Assembly (NCBI GenBank): GCA_965219685.1
Contig: CBDCOH010000002.1
Location: 1,280,001 to 1,344,000, forward strand
Source of the DNA: Candidatus Spongiisociaceae bacterium
Lineage (GTDB): Bacteria; Actinomycetota; Acidimicrobiia; Spongiisociales; Spongiisociaceae
DNA: 64,000 nucleotides
Direction of reading: 5' to 3'
Every line of letters starts with the position of its first letter. Position 1 is the stretch's first letter. Shown one piece after another: positions 44,326 through 55,270 of the stretch. The notes below the pieces were generated by a model. It did not search any database and was not told the DNA's origin. It saw nothing but the letters and a program-made list of their open reading frames with translations. A program made the position numbers and the translations under genes.

Positions 44326-44453
44326 TTGCTTTCGGGACATGTCACCTGAGACCACTGCTTCCCTGTCCGCGGCCAACGGTCGAGAGGACGGTTCGGTAGG
44401 TTTCAGATCGTCAAGCGAAAGGAGGAGGGAACACATGAGCGTCTACCGGAAGG

Positions 44454-46598
44454 GTGGCCTCGATGGCTGCCGACACTAAGCCCGCTCCTGCGTCACAGGG
44501 CGATGAGCGGCTCGCCTACCGCGGTCCCATCCAGCGGCTACTGACCCGACCGGAGATCGGAGCGCTGGTCGGGACCGGCGCCATCTGGATGTTCTTCTGG
44601 TCCGTCAGCGATGTCTTCGGCACCACGGCGGGAACCAACAACTACCTGGACGTGGCCACCTCGCTCGGCATCATGGCGATCGCCGTGGCGCTGCTGATGA
44701 TCGGTGGCGAGTTCGACCTCTCCTCAGGCGCCATGACCGGCGCCACCGGGATGCTGGTGGTGCTGCTGGTGAAGGACACCGGCGAACTCGGGGGTCTGGG
44801 ACTCCCGCTCAGCGTCGCCATCCCGATCACGTTCCTGTTCGCCATGGGAATCGGATGGATCAACGGAACGCTGGTCGAGAAGACCGGGCTGCCCAGCTTC
44901 ATCGTAACTCTCGGAACGTTCTTCGTGCTGAGAGGCGCCAAGCTCGGCTTTTCCAAGCTGTTCGTCGACAAGGTGATCGTCGAGGGTCTCGACAACGCTC
45001 CCGACTACGACTTCTGGGCCAACATCTTCGGCGGTGTCTGGATCCGCAACGACCATCTGTGGGATTCGTTCCTGGGTGGTCGGGACATGGTGTTCGGGGT
45101 CCTCGCCACTCTGGGCGTCGTCGCACTCGTCGTGGGCCTCATGGAGTTGAGCCTGGTGCGGCGCGACCGCGCTAGTTCCGAGAACACCGGCGCAGCCATG
45201 GTCGGCACGGGCTCGGTGATCATCGCGCTCGCAGCCGCCGTGATCGGCTTGGTGGTTGCCTTCGCTCTGGTCGGCTTGGGCGACTCCGACAGCGTGTCCG
45301 ACAACTGGCTGCTGGTAGTGGCCGTGGCCGTGGCGCTCGTACTGGGTTTCTTGGCCGGTGTCGGCCTCATAAGGCAGACCCGCGGACCTTGGGGCAAGCT
45401 CAGCCAGGAAGGCATAGGGCTCACCGCCACCGTGGTCGGGCTGGCCGGAGCCATTGTGGGCCTGGTGCAGTTGACCGTCACCGACGGCGTCGACGCCAAC
45501 TGGACGTGGTCCATCGTGATGATCGCCGGCGCGGTGATCGCCATCTTCGGCTACTCGGCGTGGCGTTTCGAGCCCAGCAAGCTATTCAAGGGCGGCTTCG
45601 CGCTCACCAGGGACGTGGGCCGAAGGACAGCGATCGGCCTGGGGTTGATGATCCTCGGCATGATCCTCGGTGTGGCGATGGATTCGACCAGCGAGACGGT
45701 GCTCGGATTGCTGCTCACCGTGCAGGGTCTGCGCGCCATCCTCTTTGGTGGGCTGGTGATGGTAGGGGTGCTGATGCTCCTCAACGCCGCCCGGGACGCG
45801 GACTCCTCACCGGTGACCAGGTTCTCCATCACCGCAATCACCGGGGTCGCGATAGCCGTGGTCGGCTTCGTGATCCAGTCCGAGGCGGAGTCGGCCAAGT
45901 ACCGGGCCGAGTTCTTCGCCTGGATGATGGGAGCGGCGGTGGTGTTGCTGATCGTGGCCATGATCCGCCTCCTGTTCGACCAGCGCCGCCATGCCCATGC
46001 GAAGGCGGACAAGTTGGGCACCTCCCTATCGATCGCCGGAATCCTGCTGGTCGTGCTGGCCATCGCCGTCAAGCTGCTGTGGGCCACCTCGGAGGAGTTG
46101 GAGGCATCGCGGGCGCTGATCACCTACCGGGTGTCGATCCTCTACTTCTTCGCATTCGCGGCGTTCGCCACCTGGCTCCTGATGCGCACCAAGTTCGGGA
46201 GTTGGACTTTCGCCGTGGGTGGCAACAAGGAAGCCTCGCGCCAGGTGGGTGTACCGGCGGCACGCACCAAGACCCAGCTGTTCATGATGGTGTCTGGAGC
46301 ATCCTGGCTGGTCGGAACGCTGATTGCCTTCCGGCTCAACTCGGTCCAGGCCAATGTGGGAGACGGACAGGAGTTCTTCTACATCATCGCCGCCGTCGTT
46401 GGTGGGAACCTGTTGACCGGCGGCTACGGATCAGCGGCCGGCGCCGCCATCGGCGCCCTGATCATGGCGATGTCGTTCCAGGGGATCCCGTTCGCCGGAT
46501 GGAACTCCGACTGGCGGTTCTTGTTCGTCGGCGTGATCCTGTTGCTGGCGGTCATGGTCAATAACTATGTCCGCGGAAAGGCGGAGAAATCGAAATGA
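44454..46598 (+). CDS. sugar ABC transporter permease with large multi-TM insertion
   Basis: [23 protein letters not shown]...GV, IAAVVGG..LTGGYGS motifs; 714 aa. Confidence 0.9.
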   Translation: MASMAADTKPAPASQGDERLAYRGPIQRLLTRPEIGALVGTGAIWMFFWSVSDVFGTTAGTNNYLDVATSLGIMAIAVALLMIGGEFDLSSGAMTGATGMLVVLLVKDTGELGGLGLPLSVAIPITFLFAMGIGWINGTLVEKTGLPSFIVTLGTFFVLRGAKLGFSKLFVDKVIVEGLDNAPDYDFWANIFGGVWIRNDHLWDSFLGGRDMVFGVLATLGVVALVVGLMELSLVRRDRASSENTGAAMVGTGSVIIALAAAVIGLVVAFALVGLGDSDSVSDNWLLVVAVAVALVLGFLAGVGLIRQTRGPWGKLSQEGIGLTATVVGLAGAIVGLVQLTVTDGVDANWTWSIVMIAGAVIAIFGYSAWRFEPSKLFKGGFALTRDVGRRTAIGLGLMILGMILGVAMDSTSETVLGLLLTVQGLRAILFGGLVMVGVLMLLNAARDADSSPVTRFSITAITGVAIAVVGFVIQSEAESAKYRAEFFAWMMGAAVVLLIVAMIRLLFDQRRHAHAKADKLGTSLSIAGILLVVLAIAVKLLWATSEELEASRALITYRVSILYFFAFAAFATWLLMRTKFGSWTFAVGGNKEASRQVGVPAARTKTQLFMMVSGASWLVGTLIAFRLNSVQANVGDGQEFFYIIAAVVGGNLLTGGYGSAAGAAIGALIMAMSFQGIPFAGWNSDWRFLFVGVILLLAVMVNNYVRGKAEKSK

Positions 46599-47383
46599 GC
46601 GAACCTGCACTTCTCGAGATCGAAGGGATCTCCAAGTTCTACGGCAACATCATCGCCCTGCGGGACATCACCACCTCGGTAAGAGCCGGTGAGGTCACCT
46701 GCGTGCTGGGCGATAACGGCGCCGGCAAGTCGACTTTCATCAAGATTCTGGCGGGTGCCCACAAGCAGAGCGAGGGCAAGGTCTACGTCGAGGGTGAAGA
46801 GGTGGATTTCGACTCGCCCCGCGACGCTCTGGCCCGTGGTATCGCCACCGTCTACCAGGACCTGGCCGTGGTACCGCTGATGTCGGTCTGGCGCAACTTC
46901 TTCCTGGGGGCCGAGCCCACCAAGGTGGGTTTCCTCAAGGTCATAGACCGGGAGAAGGCCGCCGGCATAGCCAAGGCGGAGCTCGCCAAGATGGGCATCG
47001 ACATCCGGGACACCGAACAACCCGTCGGAACGCTGTCCGGCGGCGAGCGGCAGTCGGTCGCCATCGCCCGGGCGGCCTACTTCGGGGCCAAGGTGCTGAT
47101 ACTCGACGAGCCCACCTCCGCCCTGGGAGTTAAGCAATCCGGCGTGGTGCTGCGCTACATCGTGGAGGCGAGGAACCGGGGTCTGGGTGTGATCTTCATC
47201 ACCCACAACCCCCACCACGCCTACCCGGTCGGTGATCGGTTCATGATCCTCAACCGGGGCCGCTCGCTCGGTGACTACGCCAAGGCGGAACTCAGCCAGG
47301 CCGAGCTGACCCAGCTGATGGCGGGTGGAGCCGACCTCGCCACGCTCCAGCACGAGCTGAGCAAGGCCGTGGCGGGTGGCTAG
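46595..47383 (+). CDS. sugar ABC transporter ATP-binding protein
   Basis: [25 protein letters not shown]. Confidence 0.95.
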   Translation: MSEPALLEIEGISKFYGNIIALRDITTSVRAGEVTCVLGDNGAGKSTFIKILAGAHKQSEGKVYVEGEEVDFDSPRDALARGIATVYQDLAVVPLMSVWRNFFLGAEPTKVGFLKVIDREKAAGIAKAELAKMGIDIRDTEQPVGTLSGGERQSVAIARAAYFGAKVLILDEPTSALGVKQSGVVLRYIVEARNRGLGVIFITHNPHHAYPVGDRFMILNRGRSLGDYAKAELSQAELTQLMAGGADLATLQHELSKAVAGG

Positions 47384-47389
47384 CCGGCA

Positions 47390-48400
47390 TTGACAGAGAT
47401 ACGGGCAGGATCCGGAAGCGCACGGGATGAAGAGCCCGGCGCGACCCGGAACCTGCCCGATCTCGTAACGATCGGAAGGGTCAGCGTCGACCTGTACCCG
47501 GAACAGGTCGGATCACCGATACGTTCCGTCAAGACTTTCCGGAAGTCCATCGGCGGTACGCCGACCAACGTGGCTGTGGCGGCGGCCCGGCTCGGGAACC
47601 ACGCCGCCCTCGTCACCAAGGTGGGCGACGACCAGTTCGGCGACTACGTGCGCCACGCGCTCGCATCCACCTTCGGCGTCGACATCCGTTTCGTGGGGAC
47701 CGATCCCCACCTCAACACCCCCCTGGCGTTCGCGGAGCTGTACCCGCCGGAGGATCCCAATATCTTCTTCTACAGGGAGCCACGGGCCCCCGACATGAAC
47801 CTGACTTCCGATGACCTGGACCTCCGGGTGGTGATGGAGGCGCCGATCCTGTGGATACCGGCCTCCCGGTTTTCGGGTGAACCCAGTCGCACCACCGTTC
47901 GGCGGGCACTCGAGCGTCGCGAGCGGAGACCCGAAGTCGTGATCGACCTCGACTGGCGACCCATGTTCTGGAGTTCGGAGGATGAGGCCAGCCGCCGGAT
48001 CCGACCGATGCTGGACCATGCGACCATCGCCATCGGCAATCGCGAGGAGTGCCGCATAGCGGTGGGCACGGCCGATCCCGACCGGGCTGCCGATCGGCTT
48101 CTCGCCCGGGGCCTGCGGGCGGCGATGGTGAAGATGGGTGGTGACGGGGTGCTCGTGGCCACCGTGGACGGGGACCGGGAGCTGATCCCTCCCTTCCCGG
48201 TGAGTGTCGTGTGCGGGCTGGGCGCCGGCGACGCCTTCGGAGGCGCCTTCTGTCACGGTCTCTTGCGTGGTTGGCCGATTGCGGAGTGCGCTCGCTTCGG
48301 CAACGCGGCCGGAGCGATAGTCGCCTCCCGTCTCATGTGTGCCGATGACATGCCGACCCTCGAGGAGATAGAGGGATTCCTGGCCGGCCACGCTCCGTAG
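47390..48400 (+). CDS. iolC: 5-dehydro-2-deoxygluconokinase
   Basis: IGRVSVDLYP, GGTPTNVAVAAARLG, DLDWRP, GLGAGDAFGG. Confidence 0.9.
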   Translation: MTEIRAGSGSARDEEPGATRNLPDLVTIGRVSVDLYPEQVGSPIRSVKTFRKSIGGTPTNVAVAAARLGNHAALVTKVGDDQFGDYVRHALASTFGVDIRFVGTDPHLNTPLAFAELYPPEDPNIFFYREPRAPDMNLTSDDLDLRVVMEAPILWIPASRFSGEPSRTTVRRALERRERRPEVVIDLDWRPMFWSSEDEASRRIRPMLDHATIAIGNREECRIAVGTADPDRAADRLLARGLRAAMVKMGGDGVLVATVDGDRELIPPFPVSVVCGLGAGDAFGGAFCHGLLRGWPIAECARFGNAAGAIVASRLMCADDMPTLEEIEGFLAGHAP

Positions 48401-48464
48401 AATCAAGGCCGGCGATCCGCAGCCGGGAGTCGGGAGGACTCATGGCGCAGGTTGGAGAGACGGA

Positions 48465-49475
48465 GTGAGCGAAGTCAATATCGCGGTCATGGGAACCGGC
48501 CGGATCGGTTCGTTGCACACCGAATTGCTTCAGCAGCGTGTCGAAGGGGCCCGGGTGACCGCGGTCTACGACGTCTCTGCAGAATCAGCCGGTTCGGTCG
48601 GCGCCAGGTTCGGCGTTCCGGTTGCAGGGTCCCCGGAGTCCATCTTCGACGACCCGTCGGTGGACGCGGTGGCGATATGCACCAGCACGGACACCCATGT
48701 CCGGGTGATGATCGAGGCCGCGCGGGCCGGCAAGGCCATCTTCTGCGAGAAGCCCATCTCCCTCGACCTGGATCAGGTCGACCGCGCCCTGGCAGTTGTG
48801 GACCGGGCCGGGGTCTATCTCCAGGTGGGTTTCAACCGCCGGTTCGACCCTTCCCACGCCGCGGTACGCGACGCGGTGGCGTCCGGCCGGATCGGCGATG
48901 TTCACCTCGTCCGCATCACGTCCCGTGACCCCGAGCCCCCGCCGATCCCGTACGTAAAGGTCTCCGGCGGGATCTTCCTGGACATGACGATCCACGATTT
49001 CGACATGGCCCGCTTCGTTACCGGCAGCGACGTGACCGAGGTGTACGCGAAGGGGGATGTCCTCGTCGATCCCGACATCGGCGCCGCCGGCGATCTCGAC
49101 ACCGCGGTGATCATGCTCACCCACGAGAACCGGGCGATCACCACCATCGACAACAGCCGGAGGGCCGTCTACGGGTACGACCAGAGGGTGGAGGCGTTCG
49201 GTTCGGGCGGTATGGCGACCTCTGCCAACCCGCGCGATACCACCACGGTGATCCATGACGCCGGCGGTGGGCACGGGTCGCCCCTCCCCTACTTCTTCAC
49301 GGAGCGCTACGTACCGAGCTACCTGGCCGAGTGGCAGGCGTTCGTGGACGCCGTCCGGAGGGGTGCCCCATCTCCGGTGGACGGAACGGACGGACGGGCG
49401 CCGCTGGTGATCGGTCTGGCCGCCTGGAAGTCGATCCGGGAACAGCGGCCGGTCCTCACCTCCGAGATCGGGTGA
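48465..49475 (+). CDS. iolG: inositol 2-dehydrogenase
   Basis: GTGRIG, CEKP, GFNRRFDP, TSRDP, GGIFLDMTIHDFD, YGYDQR. Confidence 0.92.
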   Translation: MSEVNIAVMGTGRIGSLHTELLQQRVEGARVTAVYDVSAESAGSVGARFGVPVAGSPESIFDDPSVDAVAICTSTDTHVRVMIEAARAGKAIFCEKPISLDLDQVDRALAVVDRAGVYLQVGFNRRFDPSHAAVRDAVASGRIGDVHLVRITSRDPEPPPIPYVKVSGGIFLDMTIHDFDMARFVTGSDVTEVYAKGDVLVDPDIGAAGDLDTAVIMLTHENRAITTIDNSRRAVYGYDQRVEAFGSGGMATSANPRDTTTVIHDAGGGHGSPLPYFFTERYVPSYLAEWQAFVDAVRRGAPSPVDGTDGRAPLVIGLAAWKSIREQRPVLTSEIG

Positions 49476-49482
49476 CGTCGCC

Positions 49483-50418
49483 TTGCGTGTCTGGCTGACC
49501 GGAGGGACCGGATTCGTGGGAAGCAACATCGTTCACGAGGCACTTTCGGGCGGCCATGAGGTTCTCACCACGTTCAACTCCTACCAGCCGACCGGACGGG
49601 AGGCCTACGGGCTCGAGGCAATCGACATGCTCGATGCCCGCGCCGTGGCGGCCAGCGTACGTTCCTTCCGTCCGGACTTGGTGATCCACTGTGCCATCGT
49701 CAACGACCTCAGCAGCCTCTACCTCGACCGGCGCGCCGCGTGGGAAGCCTACGTTGAGTCGACACGGGCGACGGCGGGGGCGGCGTCCCGTGCCGGCGCG
49801 TCCTACGTTCTCGTGTCCACGGACTGGGTGTTCGATGGAACGCAGGGGGGCGCCGACGAGTCCACGCCGCCGAATCCGATCAATCTCTACGGGGTCCTGA
49901 AGCTTGCCGCGGAGGTCGTGGCTGTCGAGCGGGGAGGAGCGGTGGCTCGAGTCTCCGGCGTGAACGGGATCCACCGCGCTCGCCCCTCGGCGCCGCGGAC
50001 CCAGGATCCCGGTTACGGGTACTTCGTCGCGTCGATCGTCGATTGTCTGTCCGTGGGCAGGCATTTCACGGTTTGGGAGTCGGATCGGATCAACATGGTC
50101 GCCACCCCGTCGCTGGCGTCCGAGAGTGCCGAGATGATCCTGGCCATCGGCGCTCTCGGCCTGACCGGAGTCTTCCACTGCTGCGGTGCTGACGGCATCG
50201 GGCGGATGGACCTGGCCCGACTGGCCTGCGAGGTCTTCGACCTCGATCTCGACCTGCTCCGCAGCGGTCCACCGGTTCCGTCAGCGATGCCGGGGGCGCC
50301 GGTTCCCTACGACACGACCATCACGAGCCCGCGCACCAGCGAACTGCTCGGACGGAGCCCGACCCCCATACGGCGGCTGCTCGAACGCTTCCGGGACGAG
50401 TACAGAGCGAGGTCGTGA
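49483..50418 (+). CDS. RmlD-like extended SDR / sugar-nucleotide-binding protein
   Basis: TGGTGFVG, VSTDWVFDG, PINLYG..K. Confidence 0.85.
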   Translation: MRVWLTGGTGFVGSNIVHEALSGGHEVLTTFNSYQPTGREAYGLEAIDMLDARAVAASVRSFRPDLVIHCAIVNDLSSLYLDRRAAWEAYVESTRATAGAASRAGASYVLVSTDWVFDGTQGGADESTPPNPINLYGVLKLAAEVVAVERGGAVARVSGVNGIHRARPSAPRTQDPGYGYFVASIVDCLSVGRHFTVWESDRINMVATPSLASESAEMILAIGALGLTGVFHCCGADGIGRMDLARLACEVFDLDLDLLRSGPPVPSAMPGAPVPYDTTITSPRTSELLGRSPTPIRRLLERFRDEYRARS

Positions 50419-51074
50419 GAGCGGCACGCCTGTTGCTGGCCATGACACTGCTGGCGGGGGCCTGCGCCGGAGGCGCCACCCCGAGCGACCCCTTCGACTC
50501 GGTGGCACAGTTGCGCGGTCAGGTGTGCGGTCGTTCGATGGTCGGGAGTGCGGTGGTGGTCGGCGAGGGGCTGCTGGTGACAGTCGCGCACAACGTGACG
50601 GGATCGGAAGGAGGTCTGACCGCTACGTTCGAGGATGGAGTCGAGCACCCGGTAACCCTCGTGGGCATCGACGTCGATCGTGACCTGGCGCTGCTCTCGG
50701 CCCCGACTGTCGAACGACCCACCATCGCGGTCGCCCAACCGGTACTGGGCGAGAGCGGGCGGATCATCCGCCTGCGCGCACAGGTGGAAAGAGCCGAGGT
50801 CGCCTACACCGGCGCCGAACCCGTGATAGCGGTCGGTCGCAATATCTACGACGAGGAGAGCACGGCTCGCCGCTCGAACGTCCGGGTACAGGCCGCGGCA
50901 GGCGCCGGCTACTCGGGCGGCCCGATCCTCAACATGGAGGACGAGATGACCGGCCTGGTCTACGCCACAGCCCGGCTCGAGGACGTGACCTATGCCAACA
51001 CCTCCGCGGAGGTGGAGAAGTTCGTGGCGACGGTCGACTCGAGCACCGAGTCAGACCCCGGTCCCTGCTCCTGA
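50415..51074 (+). CDS. trypsin-like serine protease lipoprotein
   Basis: Lipobox LLAGAC; TVAHNV, DLALL, GYSGGP triad. Confidence 0.82.
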   Translation: MRAARLLLAMTLLAGACAGGATPSDPFDSVAQLRGQVCGRSMVGSAVVVGEGLLVTVAHNVTGSEGGLTATFEDGVEHPVTLVGIDVDRDLALLSAPTVERPTIAVAQPVLGESGRIIRLRAQVERAEVAYTGAEPVIAVGRNIYDEESTARRSNVRVQAAAGAGYSGGPILNMEDEMTGLVYATARLEDVTYANTSAEVEKFVATVDSSTESDPGPCS

Positions 51075-51158
51075 TGGTGGATGGTGAGGAGGGGTACCGA
51101 CCGCTCCAGTGATCCAAGTGGCACTGACCACCACTCACCACTCACCACTCACCACTAG
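51072..51158. repeat. inverted heptamer tips (TGGTGGA/TGGTGAG after stop; CCACTCA x3 + CCACTAG)
   Basis: Direct reading; GT-rich arm starts at the protease TGA. Confidence 0.8.
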
Positions 51159-51168
51159 CATCACCGGA

Positions 51169-52320
51169 GTGTTCCAGTCCCCGCCGCACCTCCCCCGGCT
51201 TATCCTGCTGGCCTTTGTCTTCACCCTGGCAACCGGGATAGGGGTCATATTCTCGCTGCTGGCCGACATTCAGGATCGGTTCGGCTTCCCGACCTGGTCC
51301 CTGGGCCTGCTGGCGGGCATACCGTTCGCCATGACCCTCTTCGGCAACCTCTGGCTGGTTCCACTAGCCGACCGGGGTTGGGAGAGGCACCTGATCACAT
51401 CGGGTTGCCTCCTGCTGGTGGCGTCGCTCGTGTGGATGATCTTCTCCACCGCCCTCTGGCAGTGGGTGGCGGCGAGAGCCTTGATGGGGCTCGCCGAGGG
51501 GGTCTCGATGGGTCCCACCCGCCGGGTGATGCTCGGCTGGGATCCGGACCGGCAGGGACGGGCTCTGAGCTCCGTGATGGTGGCGATGATCGGAGGCATC
51601 CTGTTAGGCCCGGTGATGGGTGGGCTGTTGAACGAGATCAACCACACCCTTCCGTTCCTCGTCCCCGCGGTGGCCGCGGGCGCGTTGCTCTTCCTCCTGC
51701 AGATCATCAGACCAGCCGAGTACAAGTCGGTGCGTGCCAGGCTCAACCGTCGCCACCTCTTCGCCATTCCCGGCTTCGCGTCCGCGTTGCTGCTGGCCGC
51801 GTCCAACTGGTTGTACATAGGGGTCGTCGACGCCATTTGGGCCCGCTACATGACCGACCTGGGAGCCCGCACGGTGATCGTCGGACTCGGTTTTCTCGTG
51901 ATCGCACTCCCCTCCATCGTTTTGACCCCGGTGAGCGGCCGCCTGGCCGACCGCACGAACCCGGTCCGGCTGGCTTTGACGGCTTCCGTACTGGGACTCC
52001 CCCTCCTGGCGGCCTACGGTCTGGTGTCCGCTGTTCCATCGCTCCTGGCAGTCGGCGCCCTGCACTCCGCCTGCTGGGCATTCGTCACGCTTCCCGGCCA
52101 GGCTGCCGTCGCAAAGGTGGGCCCGCCCGGCCAGGCGGCCGAGGCGCAGGGACTCGTCGAGGCATACGGGCTGACCCTGGCCGCGGTGGGTGCGTTCGCG
52201 GCTGCGCCCATCTACGAGGCGGCGGGTCCCACGGCGCTCTTCGCGATCACCGCGGGCACCCTTGCAATCACCCCGTTGGTGGTGTTCACAAGGCGACGAA
52301 AGTGGAGTTCAGCCTTCTGA
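51169..52320 (+). CDS. MFS transporter
   Basis: Multiple TM helices, LADRG and GRLADR motifs; start GTG 51169 (the ORF-track extension runs through the repeat). Confidence 0.9.
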   Translation: MFQSPPHLPRLILLAFVFTLATGIGVIFSLLADIQDRFGFPTWSLGLLAGIPFAMTLFGNLWLVPLADRGWERHLITSGCLLLVASLVWMIFSTALWQWVAARALMGLAEGVSMGPTRRVMLGWDPDRQGRALSSVMVAMIGGILLGPVMGGLLNEINHTLPFLVPAVAAGALLFLLQIIRPAEYKSVRARLNRRHLFAIPGFASALLLAASNWLYIGVVDAIWARYMTDLGARTVIVGLGFLVIALPSIVLTPVSGRLADRTNPVRLALTASVLGLPLLAAYGLVSAVPSLLAVGALHSACWAFVTLPGQAAVAKVGPPGQAAEAQGLVEAYGLTLAAVGAFAAAPIYEAAGPTALFAITAGTLAITPLVVFTRRRKWSSAF

Positions 52321-52329
52321 GCGGCCTGC

Positions 52330-53241
52330 TCAGATACCGAGGCCCATCAGGTAGTCGATGCTCGTGCGGGCGTTCTCTATCGGTCCTTCTCCCGGCGGTG
52401 GAACACCCGACAGGGAAACGTCCTGTTCGAGGACGTACCATCCCTGATAACCGCTGGACTCCAGGTACCGGACCACTGCGGCAATGTCCACGAATCCCTC
52501 GCCAAGCGGCTTGAACAGCCCGTCGATGACCGCCTGCCGGAAGAGCCTCTCGCCGGCCCTGACCTGCTCCGCCATCCGCTCATCGACATCCTTCAGATGC
52601 ACGTGCACCACCCTGCTACCCGCCATCCTGGCCACTTCCAGGGGGTCTCCTCCGCTGAGGGCCACGTGACCCGTGTCCAGGCATATGTCGACCGAACAGG
52701 TTTCCAGCAGTCTCTCGATGTGTTCCGGGCGATCCACCGCCATCGCCCAGTGTGGATGAAGCGCGGCCACCAGGCCGTACTCTCCACAGATGTCGGTGAC
52801 TCGCCGGAGTCCCTCATCGAATACAGCCCACTCCTCATCGGTCAGTTCGACCGGTGTGTCGTATCCGTCGTGGATCGACGCCGGGCCCAAGACGAAAGTT
52901 CGGGCGCCGGCCCCGGAGAGGGTCTGGGCCGCCCGCTTCGCGTACGCCAACTCGCTCGGCATTATTTCTCGCCGGTAGAGGCGAACCGGGGCGAATCCAC
53001 CTACGAGTTGCAGTCCTCGCGCCTCGAGAAGGGGATCCAGTTCGACTGGATCAACCGGGAGGTAACCCTCGGGTCCCAGCTCGGTAGCGCGCAGTCCGAC
53101 TTCTTGCATCTCGTCCAAGACACGCGCACGGCCCATGGAGACTCCCCACCCTGGTGAAGGATCCACACCCCACGTGATCGGAGCACCGGCGATCCGCTGT
53201 TGTAACGGCAGCTTGCGCAAGATACAACCCCTCGCTTCCAT
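52330..53241 (-). CDS. iolE: myo-inosose-2 dehydratase-like TIM barrel protein
   Basis: APITWG, ATELGP, LHPH, LDTGH, HVHLKD, GWYVLEQD; iol context. Confidence 0.8.
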   Translation of the reverse strand: MEARGCILRKLPLQQRIAGAPITWGVDPSPGWGVSMGRARVLDEMQEVGLRATELGPEGYLPVDPVELDPLLEARGLQLVGGFAPVRLYRREIMPSELAYAKRAAQTLSGAGARTFVLGPASIHDGYDTPVELTDEEWAVFDEGLRRVTDICGEYGLVAALHPHWAMAVDRPEHIERLLETCSVDICLDTGHVALSGGDPLEVARMAGSRVVHVHLKDVDERMAEQVRAGERLFRQAVIDGLFKPLGEGFVDIAAVVRYLESSGYQGWYVLEQDVSLSGVPPPGEGPIENARTSIDYLMGLGI

Positions 53242-53289
53242 GACGGGAACCGGAAAGGTCCGTTCCTATATCTCGGCCTCTAGTTTAGC

Positions 53290-53985
53290 TCAGACCACAT
53301 GCGTGATAGTGCGGCCGTTAAGTGCCTGAACCGGCCGATTGTTGGGTCCGCCGGTTGCGGTCAGCAAGGCTCTGAACTGGGCAACCGAAATCGTAGTCGT
53401 TTCTGCGATAACCATCCACTCCACCGGTTCGATACACGGAGGAGTAGTCGTGGAACCAACATAGTGATAATACTCTTCACCGCTCGGCTGTAGGAGGCTG
53501 CTGTGTAGTGGCCGGTGATCTTCCGTTAGGATCGGGCTGGTGACCGCCCCCTCTAGAAGGTTCTCTACCAACGTGCTGCTGTCACCGAACTCGAACAGCC
53601 TCGCCACGACGGCTAGTTCACCTTGCGCACTCTCGTGGACGAGATGTATCTCTGCAGCGAATCGTACACCGTCGATCAGGTGTTCTGATGGTGCATGATG
53701 GTGAGCAGTTACGAGATCATATACACGGCCGCCCATGGCCATCGAGCTTCCCATTTCATACCATACGGATATAGTCCTTCCGGTGTTGTTGACCGCTATC
53801 GCATTGCTGTCGTAGAGGAACGTGATACGCTCGCCTACAACACTCTCGAAGGCTGCGATATCAACAGGCGACTGTTGCAGACCCTCGTCACATCTCTTGA
53901 AGGATTCGGACAACGATGACCAGTGGTCAGGCCCGGAGTCTCCTTCGTACGACCATCCCAGGTCGGGAACGCTCTTGTCTGTCAC
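53290..53985 (-). CDS. alpha-class carbonic anhydrase
   Basis: WSYEG..GP.HW, QSPVDI, HHHAPSEH, EIHLVH, GSTTTPPC.E.V.W, NNRPVQ.LNGR. Confidence 0.92.
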   Translation of the reverse strand: MTDKSVPDLGWSYEGDSGPDHWSSLSESFKRCDEGLQQSPVDIAAFESVVGERITFLYDSNAIAVNNTGRTISVWYEMGSSMAMGGRVYDLVTAHHHAPSEHLIDGVRFAAEIHLVHESAQGELAVVARLFEFGDSSTLVENLLEGAVTSPILTEDHRPLHSSLLQPSGEEYYHYVGSTTTPPCIEPVEWMVIAETTTISVAQFRALLTATGGPNNRPVQALNGRTITHVV

Positions 53986-54309
53986 TTGATGTATCTTAAG
54001 GACCGGGAATACCAGACACCAAAAGATGCAACCACGCTGGCCCTCTTTTGGTCGAAGTAGGGTATCAAGCGTTGGTCGGCCACCGTAGTCGCGGGCAGGC
54101 CGGCAGCCTCGTCACGAGGAGAGGGTCGGGCGAGCGTCGGGCTGTGCATCCGGTATCCTCTACCGGTGATGTGATCACGGGTTTCACGGTATGCATCTCC
54201 GCTGAGGTGACCGATGTGCGACTCGAGCGATGGTCGGAGTGTTCGGCCATTTGAAGTGGAGGAACTTCGAGATGAGCAAACCGGATCATGCCCTGTCAGG
54301 AGTCCGGCC

Positions 54310-55194
54310 GTGGTAGCGGTCGACGTGGTCGTGCAGGCCGGGGCTCTTCTCGGTGAGTGCCCGTTGTGGAGTCCTGAGGAGCAGGTGCTGTACTGGGAGG
54401 ACATCGACGGTCGATCGGTACACCGGTACGACCCGGCTACGGGCGCCGATCTGACCCGCGATCTTCCAGGGCGTCCCGGCTCGATGGTTCTCACAACGGA
54501 GCCCGGTCGGCTGCTCATAGCCTCGGAGACCGGGCTGGTCTGGTTCGACTGGCCGACCGGAACCGCGACGCCCTGGGTCACGCTGGAGCCTCCCGGAACG
54601 GGGAACCGGATGAACGACGGCCGTACCGATCCTGCCGGTCGGTTCTGGGTGGGATCGATGTACGAGCGAGCGGCCGACGAGCGCTATTCAGGGAGCCTGT
54701 ACCGCATCGAGGGAGACGGCTCGTTCGCCGTAACCCGCGGGAGAGTCGGGGTTCCCAACGCCCTGGCCTTCGACACCGGGCGGAACCGGATGTACTGGGC
54801 GGACTCCCTGTCGCGGACCGTCCTCATCTACGACTACGACCTCGAGACGGGAGCAGCACGCAACGAACGGGTCTTCGTCGACTTCGGAGACCTCCCCGGA
54901 CGGCCGGACGGGGCGTGTCTCGATGTCGAAGGCTGTTACTGGGTGGCGGCTGTCCACGGCTCGGCCGTTCTCCGGTTCACTCCCGACGGGCGGCTCGATC
55001 GCCGGATCGACATGCCCGTGACCAAGCCCTCGATGACAGCCTTCGGCGGGTCGGACATGAGCACCCTGTTCGTGACCTCGATCGGCGGCGGAGGCAGCCA
55101 CCCGCTGAGAGCGGATGAGCCGCGCGCCGGTGACCTGTTCGCCATCGACCCGGGCGTGGCCGGGGTCCCCGATGTTCCGTTCGCGGGTGGGTGA
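54310..55194 (+). CDS. SMP-30/gluconolactonase family protein
   Basis: LGECPLW, RMNDG..DPAGRFWVGSM, PNALAF, PDG...D.EG.YW. Confidence 0.92.
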   Translation: MVAVDVVVQAGALLGECPLWSPEEQVLYWEDIDGRSVHRYDPATGADLTRDLPGRPGSMVLTTEPGRLLIASETGLVWFDWPTGTATPWVTLEPPGTGNRMNDGRTDPAGRFWVGSMYERAADERYSGSLYRIEGDGSFAVTRGRVGVPNALAFDTGRNRMYWADSLSRTVLIYDYDLETGAARNERVFVDFGDLPGRPDGACLDVEGCYWVAAVHGSAVLRFTPDGRLDRRIDMPVTKPSMTAFGGSDMSTLFVTSIGGGGSHPLRADEPRAGDLFAIDPGVAGVPDVPFAGG

Positions 55195-55270
55195 CCGGCG
55201 ATGACCTCTCCTCCGAAACCATGACGTCGAGCGCCTCTAACATCCGCCAACCGGTCAGGGAGGTGTCCAG

